From Octopus sinensis (taxonomy: Eukaryota), in the NCBI RefSeq assembly GCF_006345805.1, contig NC_043006.1:32116001-32180000 (forward strand): DNA of 64,000 nt, in the 5' to 3' direction. Below are positions 42,663 to 56,665 of the stretch, in pieces; positions within the stretch are counted from its first letter, which is position 1; every line of letters begins with the position of its first letter. The translations under genes were made by a program, and so were the position numbers. The notes beneath the pieces are model-generated. The model was not told where the DNA came from, searched no databases, and saw nothing but the letters and a program-made list of their open reading frames with translations.

Positions 42663-42815
42663 CGGCTGCTCTCAATTTCTGTGTACCAAATCCACACAAA
42701 GCTTTGGTCGGCCCGAGGCTATAGCAGAGGACATTTGCCCAAGGTGCCACGCAGTGGGACTGAACTCGGAACCATGTGGTTGGTAAGCAAGCTACACAGC
42801 CACTCCTGCGCCTAT
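42425..42815 (-). mobile_element. SINE family B, near full length
   Basis: High similarity to 10388-10792. Confidence 0.92.
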
Positions 42816-42835
42816 CTGTACATATGTATATGAAA

Positions 42836-42888
<53 letters not shown>

Positions 42889-43921
42889 AGAGAGAGAGAG
42901 CGGGAGGGAGAGAGATAGAAGTCATAGAGAGTTATTTTTACTTTTGTGCATGACTCATAAAGGCGTTTAAATGTTGTATTTTTTCACAGATATCATTAAA
43001 GTTAAATAAATAAAAATGAAAATCTGGGACAAAAGTGAGTATAAGAAATCAATTATCTGATAATTCAATATATTGCACAGGCACCGCCACACCACATGTT
43101 ACCTTAAACGAACAAGAGGACAATGTCATTTGGTGGACGAACTCTCTAACTGAATCACGACGCGCTCTCATGAAATCTTGCTTATCAGCCGGCTGTTACA
43201 GGTCGGTAGTTCAGGGAAGGAGGCGGGTGGATGCAGTTTACTCCAGGTGGCGGTATCAGTAATTTATTAGAGCAAAGCCTATGTCAGTCGGCTACTTGGA
43301 AACCTTTGCTAGAACTTTCTTTCTTTCTTTCTTTCGTTCTTTCTTTCTTTCTTTTCCTTATTCTCTCTGTCTGTCTTTTTCTTTCTTTTCCCCCATGTTT
43401 TCATTCATAATAACTTATTGTTTCCGTTCAAGTAAGGATACAATTTCTACTCCAAAGTATGAAAATCAAAATTAATTTAGGTCAAGTTCACCTTAGGGTC
43501 CTAGATTCCTATTCTTAATACCACACAAGAATTCAACCAAACTCATGAACTCTACACAAGAATTCAGCCAAACTCATAATTCTTGCTAACACAGTTCACC
43601 GTCAGTTTCCTAAGACTTCGAGGACGTTAACAGACAGAATATATTTTTCTTTGTGCTCTGCCAATATTTTGGTGGTTCCTACCTGTCAATCGCACTACAC
43701 TATGCCCGGTGACTAGCGCCGTTAGGTCTCTAAGTCGCACATTCCACTAAGGTAACGAAAACTTGGTAACAGAAGCTGGATGTGTTGAGAAAGCTTCGCG
43801 GTTTCTTAGTGTAATATACTCCATGATACAATATGCTTAACAGAAAGATGGGATGTTTACGGCGAGAAGACCTTTGATTTTAATATTTACTCGAGTAATG
43901 CAACAACAACTCTACACCATA

Positions 43922-44370
43922 CAAGGTGTTCCAGAATTAACTATCTGTTTCAATGAAATTGGGCAAATTTAAAAAAGAAACTGACAGAATTTTATGTTTA
44001 TTACAAAAACAAATAGATTTATAAATCTTACGTCAAACTTTTATTGAAAATTTTCAACATGCCTGTCTCTCCTTAGCATTGTGAGACACGTTTTGAAGCA
44101 TTCCAGGAGTTCTTTAAGCTCAGCTAAACGATTGCTCCATCTTGAGGCTAAAGGTAAAGAAAATGATTGCTGCCAAACTGAAAAAAAACCCCAAAAAACT
44201 GTCATGGACAAATAAGAGGGGTCCAACAGGAATGAAAATAAAATTATAAACAAAATTCAAAATTTATACACTTTTGATACATATGAAACATGATAAACAT
44301 AAATAAAAGTGAGTTTTTAAAAAAATGCATCCAATTTCACTCAAATCATCATTAATTCTGGGACACCCTG
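43922..44370. mobile_element. Non-autonomous Tc1/mariner-type element, ~450 bp
   Basis: TIRs CAAGGTGTTCCAGAATTAA / CAGGGTGTCCCAGAATTAA with TA on both sides. Confidence 0.85.
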
Positions 44371-45560
44371 TATTTACTCGTCCGACTAAACGGGGGAGAA
44401 AACACAGAAGGGGGGACTAATTGTAGGTGGCGAGCGTAGCTTCCGGAAGTGGTCACGCGGTCAAACTCAAATGGCTGTGAGTCACAACAGCTGTTTGTTT
44501 TTTTTTGTATGAACATTTTGCATTATGTAGTTCAGACATGGATGACATAGAAATCAGACATGCTGCCGGACCATGCTGCATTGTGCAGGATTGGAAACTG
44601 GAAACATCAACAGGGAACTTCTGGAGAATAGGTGAATGTGTTTGTTGTGCCTTTACCTAGCCACACACGCACACGGCCCATGTATAAAATGTCATTAAAA
44701 TCGGTTGTGCGAATCTCGAGTTATAACGACACGACAAACACACAGATAGACACACATCCTATGTTTTACATATATAGATTTTAAAAATCCCCTAGAGCCG
44801 CGTGGGATTTGATCTTTTTTCGCAGTAGGCTTAATTCATGCCCTTGTCTGAAAAGTCACCGCTAAACAACCACACCTCGTTTCTTCTGTTCGAGTATAAG
44901 GTAAACTTATGCTAAGAAATAACCGAAAAATAATAGCCTTATTGACTCCACAGACTTTGCTATCTTACCCACAATCGGTGATAATTGCAGATGAATAATA
45001 ACTGTTACATTCCATCTATTTCTACCTTTTTACGCATCGGCTGTATCTTACCCAAGGTTCTTACAAGCACACAGGAATATACAGGACAAGGAGAAAGTAC
45101 CATATGTCCAAGCTGAAGCGCGATACACTGTACAATTCACCACTGTTATGTAGGAGTGTGTATTATGGTCCTTAGCTAGACAGAAGATTGATATGTGGAT
45201 CACATTACATCGCTTAGCCGATAATCTCTAAGCCACAAGATTGCCCAATCAGGCTTGAGTTGGAGCGGCGGCACAAAGACATCGATACCCTTACCTTACA
45301 GTTAGTTTCATCTATAATGCGTCAAAAATGGAGCCTCTGTAGTTGTTATTTATATGCGTAACATTAACAGACGTCAGTGATGCTTCTATAACATAATGGG
45401 TTAATGACCTATATTGAAAGCAAAAATATTGATAATGTTTTCTTGTACAGATGCAAGGCAACAGATTTTTGGTGAGTGATTTAGGCAATATAATCGATCT
45501 CAGAAGTATTTATTTGACTTATACTATCTTTATCGATTCCAGAAAGATAAACGATAAAAA

Positions 45561-45660
<100 letters not shown>

Positions 45661-45669
45661 GTGTGGAGG

Positions 45670-46680
45670 AAGCAGCTAAGCTTTGAACAAAGGAAATTCA
45701 GATTAATGTATTGCTTCAAGTTTCAAAATTACATCGAAGCGCAAAGTCATGGGGAGTGTCAAATAGATCCCTCAGCGCGAGATACTATTATCTGAGTTAG
45801 AGATAAGTTTGAAGCAGACGGCGGGTTTTCATGAGCTCTGCAAAGTAAGAATGGATGCTAGAAACGTATTGCCAGAGTTCAAGAAGATCTGTGCGGTTAG
45901 CGCGTCTTGAGATGGGAATTTCAAAATCAACGCCCGCTGCATTTTTAAATGGTGTCTTTGGAAAAGTTACATTCCAAGAATAGTCCTTGATCTTAATGAT
46001 GATCATCCGGACCGAAGAGTGGAGTTTTGCGAGTTGTACTTGGCAAGATATGTAGAAGATGTACTCTCTCCAACACAGATTATTTGGAGTGATAAAGCTA
46101 CAATTGAATGTAATAATGGCTCATTGAGCACCATGAATGTTGATACCGAGGACATGAAAACCCGCATATTAGAACTGAGCATTAATTTAGCAGAAGTTAC
46201 AAGTATGTAGCGGCTTATCATAAAAAAGGATTAACTGGACCATTCTGTTTTGAAGGTACAGTGACTAGTTCCATCTACTTGAAAATTTGTCATGCCAAAC
46301 ATTCACGAGGACTTTGAAGTTGTGGAATTTAATGTTCAGCAAGACAGAGTACCCTCACACTACCTCAATAATGTAATGGTCTATCTTGATGAGATTTTTG
46401 CCCTACAGGTGGATTAGACGAAAACGTTTAGTAGAATACCCGTAGCGTTCACCAGATCAAAGACCACAACCAGCAGTTTGCGGTACACAACCAGCAGCAA
46501 TCGACGAAAATGTGCACACACACAAAAAAGTTTCTTGATGTTTGCAATTCTATTGTTTCGCGTTATCAGCACAAACTGGACCAGGACGGTCATCAGTTTG
46601 AAAACAGGCGTTTATTAAAAATTGAAATCTGTCTGTATGTTATATTTTGAAAACGAAGTGTATTTTAATAAACACCGACT
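45670..46680 (+). mobile_element. Decayed Tc1/mariner transposase, rosa/DD41D-like
   Basis: LSFEQRKF..DKFEADG..EMGISKST..DRRVEFCE..IIWSDKA..GTVTSSIYL..QQDRVPSHY..RSPDQ..GHQFE, with frameshifts and stops. Subfamily is tentative. Confidence 0.75.
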
Positions 46681-47303
46681 TTATAATCATTCAACGAATG
46701 CATGCATTTTTAGGATATTTTATACACACACGCGCGTGCGTAAGTGTTTGTGTGTGTATTTGAGAGTATGTGTACATGAGAAAAAGTTCGAGAAAGAGAG
46801 AAAGAGAGAGAGAGAGAGATACAGAGAGAAGGGGAAGAGGGAGAGAGATAGAGAGAGATAAACGAAGGTAAAGAGAAAGCAACTTTAAACAAACAGAACT
46901 TTACATTAAATCAATCACAGTTATTCTGTTTCTATTTTGTTTTTATTCTACTTTATCCTTTATTTATTTTGACTCGTTCGGAACCGGCCTGTAGTATTGA
47001 AAGAGAAAAAAAGAAAGGAAAAGAAGTAAAGAAAAGAAATACTATTTCGAGCAACGTCATAACTTTTGTACATGCGCACAAGGACATGTCTTTATTTACA
47101 CACACCACCAAAGCAGATGTATTTAAATGTTATTACATCTATCTTCAACGATATATGTAGTAACATTAGCGCTTCCTCCTTCAGATTTAATTCTACGAAT
47201 CATTAGCAGCTAAGGACGTTGTTCCAATCGAAATTAACGAAAAAAGTTCAGTTTTCTTCACAAAGGTTTTTTTTTATTTTATTAAGCGAAAAGTTAATTG
47301 ATT

Positions 47304-47368
<65 letters not shown>

Positions 47369-48171
47369 AATAATTTTTTGGAGGTGATTAGTATTAGTGA
47401 AATAAGAAAAGAAAAAGAAAACTTGGAAAATCGCACGATTATCAGGATTAGCAGCTTTGATAACGAGGATTAGCAGATATAGTACAAGAGTGACAGCAAC
47501 AACAACGGGAAGAAGAATAAGAAACAGTCGTAACAGTAGAAATGTGTGGAATTAAATAAAGGAAATTGATGCTGTATATGCTGATGACATCAACTGAAGC
47601 GACGTTAGCAACAACAACAAGAACAATACCAGCACCAGTATCATCATCATCATCATCATCGTCCTCAACGTGGTCAGAAACAGCAGCAGCAGCAGCAGCA
47701 GCATTAATTACAAGTAGAGCGACAAGAGCAGCGACAGCAGCTACTGTAACAAGAACAACGACCACCATAACAGTTGCAGTCACGGGATACCAAAAACGAC
47801 AGAACTGGAAGACTCTGGAAAGTCTTCAAAATAAAAACAACAACCACAACAACAACAATAACAACAACAGCATTAGATACAGACAATACTAGCTTTACTC
47901 CAGTATTAGAAGAGTCCAGAATTAGAACTTTGGCCCCAATTATTCATTAACAAAATAAAACAACAAAGGCAAAAAAAAAAAAAATAATAATAATAAAGCG
48001 AAAACAACAAAATGTTTTTAGAAAAAAGCAGAAACGAAATGAAATAAGCAAAATAAAACAATAGACGTTTCACCACCAGCACCACCAACACCAGTACCCC
48101 AGCAACGCCAGCATCACCAGCATCACCACCACAACTACTACCAGAACCACTGCTGTTGCTGCTGCTACTAC

Positions 48172-48266
<95 letters not shown>

Positions 48267-48551
48267 AGCAAAGAAAACACTTCCAGCAAATCAGTAATTA
48301 TATGAGAGATATATGAGAACCGCGCCCACCACGAGAAAACCAAACAAATTGGAGCATCTTACATAGATATCGACATATTCATATAGTTACTCATATACAG
48401 TCATACTTACATAAACGCATGTACACACACATATACACAGGTACACATTAAATCTATATTATAAACTTATATAAGATATATAATATATATTGCATAAGTT
48501 CCTCTACTGTTCACTTGGAAGCTTGTGTTTACGGACAACACCAAGAGAAAT

Positions 48552-49799
48552 ATGGCTTCATCTGTAAAACGACTTCAGACTTTGTTCATAGTCTTGTTAA
48601 TCGTTATAAGTGTTCAGTTAGTAAAACCAGAACAACTCACCAATCTAAAGCGACGGGATCTGAAGGATAATCTCCAGTCTTTGTATGATTTATTCGCTGA
48701 TAACTTCGATGATGACGACAATGGCTACGCTAACGATGACAATGGTAATGAGGCCGATGGTGACGTGTCCAGGTTAGAAACGGTACCGCCTTCGTCATGG
48801 TATAACTTCGACGATGACAATGATGATGACAACAATGGCTACGCTCGCGATGACAACAGTAATGAAAGCCCCTCTGAATACGGCTCTGAGGCCGATGGTG
48901 ACGTGTCCAGGTTAGAGACGGTACCACCTTCGCCATGGTATAACTTCGACGATGACGAAGTTGACACGAGCGACAGCTATGATTACAAATACGACAACGA
49001 CAACGAAAGCGGCTCCGGGGACGATGAAGATATATCCACGTCAGGGACGGTATCGCCTTCGACATGGTATTACATGATCACCGATAGGACGACTTCACCA
49101 ACTGACAGGACGTTAGAAAGAAAGAATTTCTCAAACGATAATATGCAAGAAGGAAATGAAGGGGGAAGAGAAAGAGTAGGACAAGTACTGGTGCCAAAAC
49201 AACTTCAACAAGACTGGCAAGAACAGCAACAAAAGCAAGGGGAATATCAAAGAGTAGGATTAGAAACGCAGGAACAAACACAACAAGAACAGCAGCAACA
49301 GCAGCAGCAGTGGCAGCAGCAGCAATATCAAACAGGAGAACAACAACAGCAACAACAAACGTCTTTGAATTCATCTGTTATTGCTAATTCTAATGCTACG
49401 TATCAGGGTTCTTCGGCTTTTGTCAGCAGCCAAAAGCTAGGATCATCAAGTACCACTGAGTCAGCAGCGTCGAACAAGAGCAGCTACAGGAGCAATAGTA
49501 ACGAACAATCAAATCCTCTCTGTTCAACTGAAGTAGACCTCTACGATTTATGTAATCTATCGATGTATCCCGGAGGTGTTTCTTATGCAAACCCCTTTAC
49601 GTTTCGCTTATTGGAAAACGCCATTTCCCATAATACGACGAGGCAGTCTCTGAAAAGTTGCCGACCAGGACATTGGTGTCTCGGAACCAATGTCACAGAG
49701 GGAAAACTTGAAAACTTTCCGAGGCATTTCTGCTGGTCCTCTCTGCTGACGTGCCTTGATATTGTAGTGGAGCAGTTAAAAGTTTGTCCTGCATATCAG
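48552..49799 (+). CDS. Exon 1 of an uncharacterised secreted protein (signal peptide, Asp-rich repeats, Gln-rich region, start of Cys-rich domain)
   Basis: 416 open codons of non-microsatellite sequence; signal-like MASSVKRLQTLFIVLLIVISVQLVKP; seven N-x-S/T sequons; donor CAG|GTGAGT, phase 0. Confidence 0.85.
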
Positions 49800-50413
49800 G
49801 TGAGTTCGGTTCTGTTCAGTGGGAATTGAATATTGTTGGTTGTTGTTGGTGTTTTAGTTTAGCCTCCGCTCAGCCTTGATTAACCATGATCATCCAGTGT
49901 TTTCAGGAGTATCTGGATTTAAATCTGTACTTCATAACAGGCTTTTCCGGAGTCCTAGTGTTTCGTGGCAGTTTGCTATGCAGAATCGTGATAAATGGAG
50001 AAATTATAAGCAGCTGGATCTTGGAGTTATTTTCGTTTTTACTTCTTATAACCTGTAATTATATTATACCTGTATAGAATACTCGCTCGGGAAATCCTCT
50101 CCTCTGTAAGTAGCAAGGAAACATTATGAAGAAAGTTGGTTAAGAGGAAATTTCTAAAACCTTTGTGATGCTTGATAGCCTTAGCAGTTGTAACCCTTTA
50201 AAAGATATTTAATGAATTTTTAATCCCTTGTGAATTTTAACTTTGTGAAAAGCCTATAAATTATTAAAATATATAATAATTCTTAAAGATATATAATAAT
50301 TTTAACCTATCGGTTCCGTGAGACATGGAATGCATTTCAAGGACTTCAAAAGAGTAAAAAAAAAAAAGGAAATAGTGGGTAATATTCTCCAATGTACCTT
50401 CCTCTTATTTCAG

Positions 50414-50460
50414 ACAGTAGGATGGGATTATCATAAGATTTTGCGGTTATTTTTAGCAAG
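50414..50460 (+). CDS. Exon 2 (47 nt) of the same gene
   Basis: Acceptor ctcttatttcag, donor AAG|GTGAGT; reads TVGWDYHKILRLFLA+AG, phase 0 in and phase 2 out. Confidence 0.7.
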
Positions 50461-51254
50461 GTGAGTGAGGGTCATCTGGAGACTCTCGCACTAACCTGTT
50501 GTCAATTTACTAGCTAACAATAATTCGAAAAGAATCAATCTATATCTTTAGTACATTTTCCCCGTTCATTTTTTGGATTGGTTGTTGAGATATCAAAGTG
50601 ACCATTGCTGCTTCTTGTTGTTCCGCTTCATTTCATCGTTGACTGCGTTTGGTGTTTCGACTGAAAACGTTCTTTATCAACACTTTTTATCAGATCAAGC
50701 TGCTACACAAAGGTACCAACATTGTTGTTGTTATTATTGCTCTGTTAAGCATATTTTGTTTATTTACTGAGTTTTGCGGACGGGGCAGTGCTCATGACTT
50801 TTTCTGGTCCTTCGGGACTCTTCGAACTCGATGCCATCAGCGTTCTGCTTAAATTGCTGTAGGTCAACACATGCCAGAAAGACATGAGCATCGCAGAAAG
50901 GATTCCAGAGGAAGAGAGATCTTTTTAAGGAGGTGGACTAAGAGTGGTCAGTCTGGTACAAGGGTGGGGCCGTAACAAGTTTGGCAAAAGTGGCGGGGGA
51001 GACAAGTAGGTCGGGGGTGGGATGGGTGAGTGGAAGATATATAAGATTAGCCATCTCTGAAGGAGCGAGGCAATTATTATAGCAATAGAAAAAAAAAGGA
51101 GAGTCGGGGCAGAACGCCTGCGACTAGAAGTTAATAGGAGTTCGTTGATGATTAAAAGCCATTCAGTCAACTAACACTTCCCTGTATGCTGTTCGGATAT
51201 CCGGAATGTCCGTAGCTACAACAAACACTGCCCGGTTGTGGGAGCGCTTCACTA

Positions 51255-51572
51255 TTGTGGGATTCACTCGAGCTTTGTGGAATGTTATCACGTGATCAGA
51301 TGATCGACTATCAGATGTTGTTACACATCGCTAGTCACAATGTGCTTTGCATTCTTTTAGCTTTCGAACGATATCTCTGCGCTGGTTGGGCGAGCTGGTC
51401 AACATTTGCCCCTGGTTGGAAGATTACTTCATCCCTCAGTTTGCAGCTGAGTGGACGGGAGCAACATGAAATAAAGTGCCTTGCTCAAGAACACAAGGCG
51501 CGATCGGTCTGGGAATCGAAACCACGATTTCACGATCGAGAGAGCAATACTCCTAACCTCTAGGCCAGGCGC
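51255..51572 (-). mobile_element. tRNA/CORE-like SINE, group C (intron 2)
   Basis: gggaatcgaaacc head; ctgagtggacgggagcaacatgaaataaagtgccttgctcaag core; tail shared with 15005. Confidence 0.85.
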
Positions 51573-51608
51573 CTTTACCATTGTGTTATAATATGAGGAC
51601 ATTTTGAC

Positions 51609-51703
<95 letters not shown>

Positions 51704-52212
51704 CTTTTACATTGTGTCATATTATGAAGATAATACAATTCTATGTTTAAGAGATGAGAACCCAGGAATGAGAACCCTGGTTTGAAATTTCCCCAAGACA
51801 TCTGATGAAGGCTGGAGGGTATATCAGCCGAAGCGTTGTGTTAACAACAAACAAGATGAGGACAAATATCCGTCAAATGTAAATAATGTAAATAATGTAC
51901 TATGAAGATATTTCGACTCCACACACACACGCTCACACACGCATACTGCTTTACCATTGTGTTATACAATGAGGATATTTTGACTTCACACACATACACA
52001 CACACAAGCACACACACACACTCCTTTACCATTGTGTTATACAATGAGAATATTATGACTTCACACGCAAACACACACACACTCCTTTACCATTGTGTTA
52101 TACTATGAAGGTATTTCGACTTCACACAAACACCCCCACACACACACACATACTCCTTTACCATTGTGTTATACAATGAGAATATTTTGACTTTACACAG
52201 ACACACACACAC
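51571..52212. repeat. Compound minisatellite: ~42-bp unit alternating with (CA)n
   Basis: ctcctttaccattgtgttatacaatgag.atattttgactt occurs about six times, separated by CA tracts. Confidence 0.85.
51733..51900 (+). mobile_element. 168-bp insertion, possible PLE tail, with a 10-bp flanking duplication
   Basis: TATGAAGATA at 51723-51732 and 51901-51910; contains CTGATGA-A-GGCTG..CAGCC-GAAG. Confidence 0.55.
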
Positions 52213-52347
52213 TGAGTCTCAAAATGAATGCTCGACTGCTGGTGATAGCAGTGACTCATCTCCGAGCAAGAGATGTACAGAAAAACAGTGCCAGAACAGG
52301 CACTGGGGTTTGCGATTTGCCAGTGATTTTGTTAAAACATATTAAGA

Positions 52348-52446
<99 letters not shown>

Positions 52447-52553
52447 GTCTGTCTGTCTCTCTCACTCTCTCCCTTCCTCTCTCTTTCTCTCTCCCTTCCT
52501 CTCTCTCTCTCTCCCTTCCTCTCTCTCTCTCTCTCTCTCTTTATATATATATA

Positions 52554-53803
52554 CAGAGTGCATAAGATATTTGAGGACATATTTATGTTTATAAATAAAA
52601 CATATATAATAACAAGTAATAACTTTATTTATCAAAAAATGTTATGAGGATAAAAATAAACCTTCTTTTCTATAATGTTATTCAATGAAGCCACCATCAG
52701 CTTCAATAACTGCTTCTATATGAGATCTAAATCATTTACATGCTTGAACCAAGTAGGCCTGGTTCATTTTGGACATTACTCTGACTATGGCAGCTTTCAA
52801 AGAATCTTTAGTGTTATGGGCATGTTTATTGACCTCTCTCTCAACAACGCTCCACATGTAATAGTCCAATGGATTGAGATGTAGGGAATTAGGAGGTCAA
52901 ATGTTAGGGGTTCTGTGACCATGAAAACTTTCAGCCATCCATTCCTGTGTTTAGAGCTATATGTGATAATGCAAGGTCTTACTGAAACACATATGGCTTT
53001 CCATTGCATACGTTGTCTATCCAGAGATTAACAATTATTTGCAGGACCTCACTGTTGTTGGCAATGTTAATTCTAAGGCCTTGTGGAAAGAAGTAAGGAG
53101 GCATCACATGTCCTTCATTGCTGACAATCCCTAAAGCCATGACAGTTGCAAGAAATTTTGTATGCATAACGCTTGGAACTTCAGAAGAGTCTGCACATAA
53201 CTATTTATCATTTCTTCTGTTAACTTTTTGATCTTGGTCGAAGTTTGTCTCGTTTGTGAAAAAACAAATCAAATCTTCTGCTGGATTTTTCAGTTTGTTT
53301 AAGAGCCTTTTAGATCTGATGTAGTGATTTTCTTTTGCTTTTTCTAACAAATTGACATTTCCTCATCATATAAAACTTATATCTGATGTCTTCGTGGACA
53401 ACGTTTCTGACTTCCTTCTGATACATGGAGATTTTTTGCAGCTGACCTCAGGGACTTTCTGGGATTGTAATCAATGGTCTGTTGAATTTGCTGGATAAAT
53501 TCAGGTGTTCCGATGGTTTCAGAGCGTTTAGAATGTTTTTTTATGTTTTGATACTGGTGATACGTTTCCATCGTCAGTCTCTAGCTCTTTATACGCTTTG
53601 TAAACGAAAGATCTGGCAACTTTTAAAAATTGAGATATTTCTAAATCCCTTTATAACCACAATAACATCATGCCTCTTCATTTCTTGGGTAAGCTGAGGG
53701 TCTTCCATTATTATTTTCTGAAAAAAAAAAGATTATACAGAGTTAGCAAAAAATGCTGCAGTGATCCAAAATTGGTATGTCCTCAAATACCTTACGCACC
53801 TTG
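52554..53803 (-). mobile_element. Full-length degenerate maT/DD37D-like transposon, 1250 bp (intron 2)
   Basis: ~27-bp TIRs (CAGAGTGCATAAGATATTTGAGGACAT / CAAGGTGCGTAAGGTATTTGAGGACAT), TA flanks; TKF.ATVMALGIVSNEGHVMPPYFFPQGLRIN..PYVFQ; PPNS..LNPLDYYMWSVVE. Confidence 0.9.
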
Positions 53804-53815
53804 TATATATGCCTG

Positions 53816-53941
<126 letters not shown>

Positions 53942-53994
53942 ATTCTCTCTCTCTCTATCTCGCCATCGGGAGTGCAACATCCTCACACAAGACA

Positions 53995-54200
53995 GTGCGT
54001 TGTGTTCTTGAGCAAGACACTTTATTTCATGTTGCTCGGTGATCGCTTCAGCAGCCGACGTGTGGTAGACTTGTGCACCAGTACAAGTACTGTCAGCTTG
54101 ATGGAAGGAGTGAGCTAACACATAGCACAAATATTTGATTATTGCGCAGCTTGTTCAAGAAATTGCGGAAGCCTCATCCGTCTTCTATGACAGGATTCTC
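53995..54200 (+). mobile_element. Headless CORE-like SINE, group C
   Basis: gcgttgtgttcttgagcaagacactttatttcatgttgctc followed by a distinct tail. Confidence 0.65.
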
Positions 54201-55333
54201 TGTGTCAAAAATGTAAATTAGCCAATTGGTTAATATAGGCCAAAGGTATAAGTCAAGAGAACAGTGTAGAAGCATGGCGTCTGTATAATGACTGAGACCA
54301 AGAAAGTAAATCAATATGATACGATGTTTAATGATGACTATAATTTTGCCAGTCGGATAGCTGATCATTTAGGAAGTGAATAAACGAAGCCGGTTGCGTT
54401 AAGGAAAAGCAACCACTTTTTGGGATTTGTTCTTCCCATCTTTTGTTACACCAAACATTTGCAATTTATACAATGAAACTCGCAAATAGTAGTTCAATTT
54501 ACTCGGAATAGCAGTCAAATTTCTCTCATTTCACATTCTACCATTTGAAGAAAGGAGAGGATTCACGTTAGACTATGTAATCTGTGATATACCCTCACCA
54601 AGAAAAAAAAAAAAGAAAAGAAAAAGAAAGAAAAATGGATGGCCGTAGCAAGAACAGTTTGACTGCAGTTGACTAGATTTACTGAGTACTTTAATTCAAA
54701 AAGCACCGTTTTTTTTTCCTGTGGCATTTTTGAAATTTTATTTTTTTAAATATGAGTAGTCTGTATTGTATCTGATATACCTGTGTTTTGTATGTTGTTC
54801 AAATACATGCCACTGGCCACTCTGAGTTATTTCTCTTAGTTCAGTTTTGTTTAAACACACACACACACACCCACGCAGAGAACATATACATAATCAGTTT
54901 TTGAGGGTAAGACTCGAAGTAGATAAAGCTATAAATAATAGCATATAAATATTGGATTAAAAAATCCAATATTTACATGTTTAACGTGACAGACGTTCTA
55001 CCATTGAACCAAAGCAATCCTTCGAAATTCAGATCCCATTTTAGAAGCTTTGTCCTTACCAGGCATTTTTCTATCCAAAGGGTTTTTGGCATTTTTTCTA
55101 TCCAAAATCAGTATTTACACGCTCTTATTTATAACTTTATTTTCTTCAAGTGCAACCATTAACAATCAATTATTTCATGTCTTTCGAAGTTTTTAATTTC
55201 TTATGAAATAAAATTAATATACTCACCCACCCACACACATCCACCCACTCACCCACATCCCCCATGCACCTGCCCATACATATATATATATATTTATATG
55301 TATATATATATACATACATATATTTATATGTAC

Positions 55334-55428
<95 letters not shown>

Positions 55429-55556
55429 AACATAATATTTTTAATTTTCATTCCTTTCGAGAATTTATCCCTAATTAGTGGTTTGAGTTTTCTACTGCTC
55501 TTTCTAGCACAAGGCTTTCCTATTTAGAAGCCTCTTAATGTGTTTTAATGTACACG

Positions 55557-55631
<75 letters not shown>

Positions 55632-55649
55632 CATATAAATATATGTACG

Positions 55650-55712
<63 letters not shown>

Positions 55713-55812
55713 GTATATGTATATACAGACATATACATATGTGTGTATAATGTGTTTTATGTCATGGCCAAATGGCTTTACGCACGGAAACATCTACATT
55801 ATAAACTTGCAG

Positions 55813-55993
55813 AGAAATTTGTAGAGTCTGTATAGACCTAGAAAATGTTGAACCTGTATACCATCCCATCATTAAATGCTGTCTCAGCGATAGTGTTTAT
55901 ACGAACAATAATTTGAGAAACCGTCTTCCTTACGATTTGGACAGCTGCATTTCCCGGCCTCTTCCATTAAATTCTGATAACGTCAAATTGTAA
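55813..55993 (+). CDS. Exon 3 (Cys-rich; probably the last coding exon)
   Basis: Acceptor aaacttgcag; only the phase-2 frame is open: (R)[59 protein letters not shown], matching exon 2's phase. Confidence 0.65.
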
Positions 55994-56333
55994 TATAATA
56001 TCTAAAATATTCAGAATGGAGTAACACTGATGTTTGTATTTCAGCATGTCATTAGTTTTTGTCTCGTTTGTGTCGACCATCTGCTGCATGTGCTCTGTAT
56101 CGATTCGCCCGGTTGATGTTTTGACAGACAAATTGTTAACCAACCCTGATGTTATTAATGATTTAAAACTGTGTGATTTACGTGAAATGAAGGATACGAA
56201 CCACTCGTGTTTTATTTCATCTCCGGATTCCCTTACTTCGAATTAAAATGTATAAAGAAAAACCACCAAAACATGAACATACTAGTAAAATCTTGTTCAG
56301 GGTATTAATATCGGTTTCAAATATTGGTATAAG

Positions 56334-56665
56334 GCCAGAAAATTCGGGGGAAAAGAAATAATTCGATTACGTCGACCTCATTGTTCGACTGGTACTTATT
56401 TTATCGACCCCGAAAGGATTAAAAGCAATGTCGACTTCAGCGTAATTTGAGCTCAGAACGTAAAGATGGACGAAATACCGCTAAGCATTTCGGTCGGCGT
56501 GCTAACGATTCTGCCAGCTCACCGCCTTAGAATATTGATGTTGGATGGTGAGGTGTCGGAGTCGTTAAAGCGTCGGTTTGAATGTTTTTGCGGTATTTGT
56601 TCCAACTTGTTGCATTTTGAATTCCGCCCAAGTCGTAATTGCCTTTCGTCCTTTTGGGGTCGATG
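56334..56665. mobile_element. Two family A SINEs head to head (56334-56529 minus; 56544-56665 plus, diverged)
   Basis: Family A motifs in opposite orientations. Confidence 0.75.

Noticed and set aside
47448-48270. Ala/Thr/Asp-rich ORFs as upstream exons of the gene
   Set aside because: Built from (CAT)n, (CAG)n, (CAA)n and (CTA)n tracts open on both strands; no convincing splice sites.
51571-52212. CRISPR-like repeat-spacer appearance
   Set aside because: The spacers are simple CA tracts, the DNA is eukaryotic and there are no cas genes.
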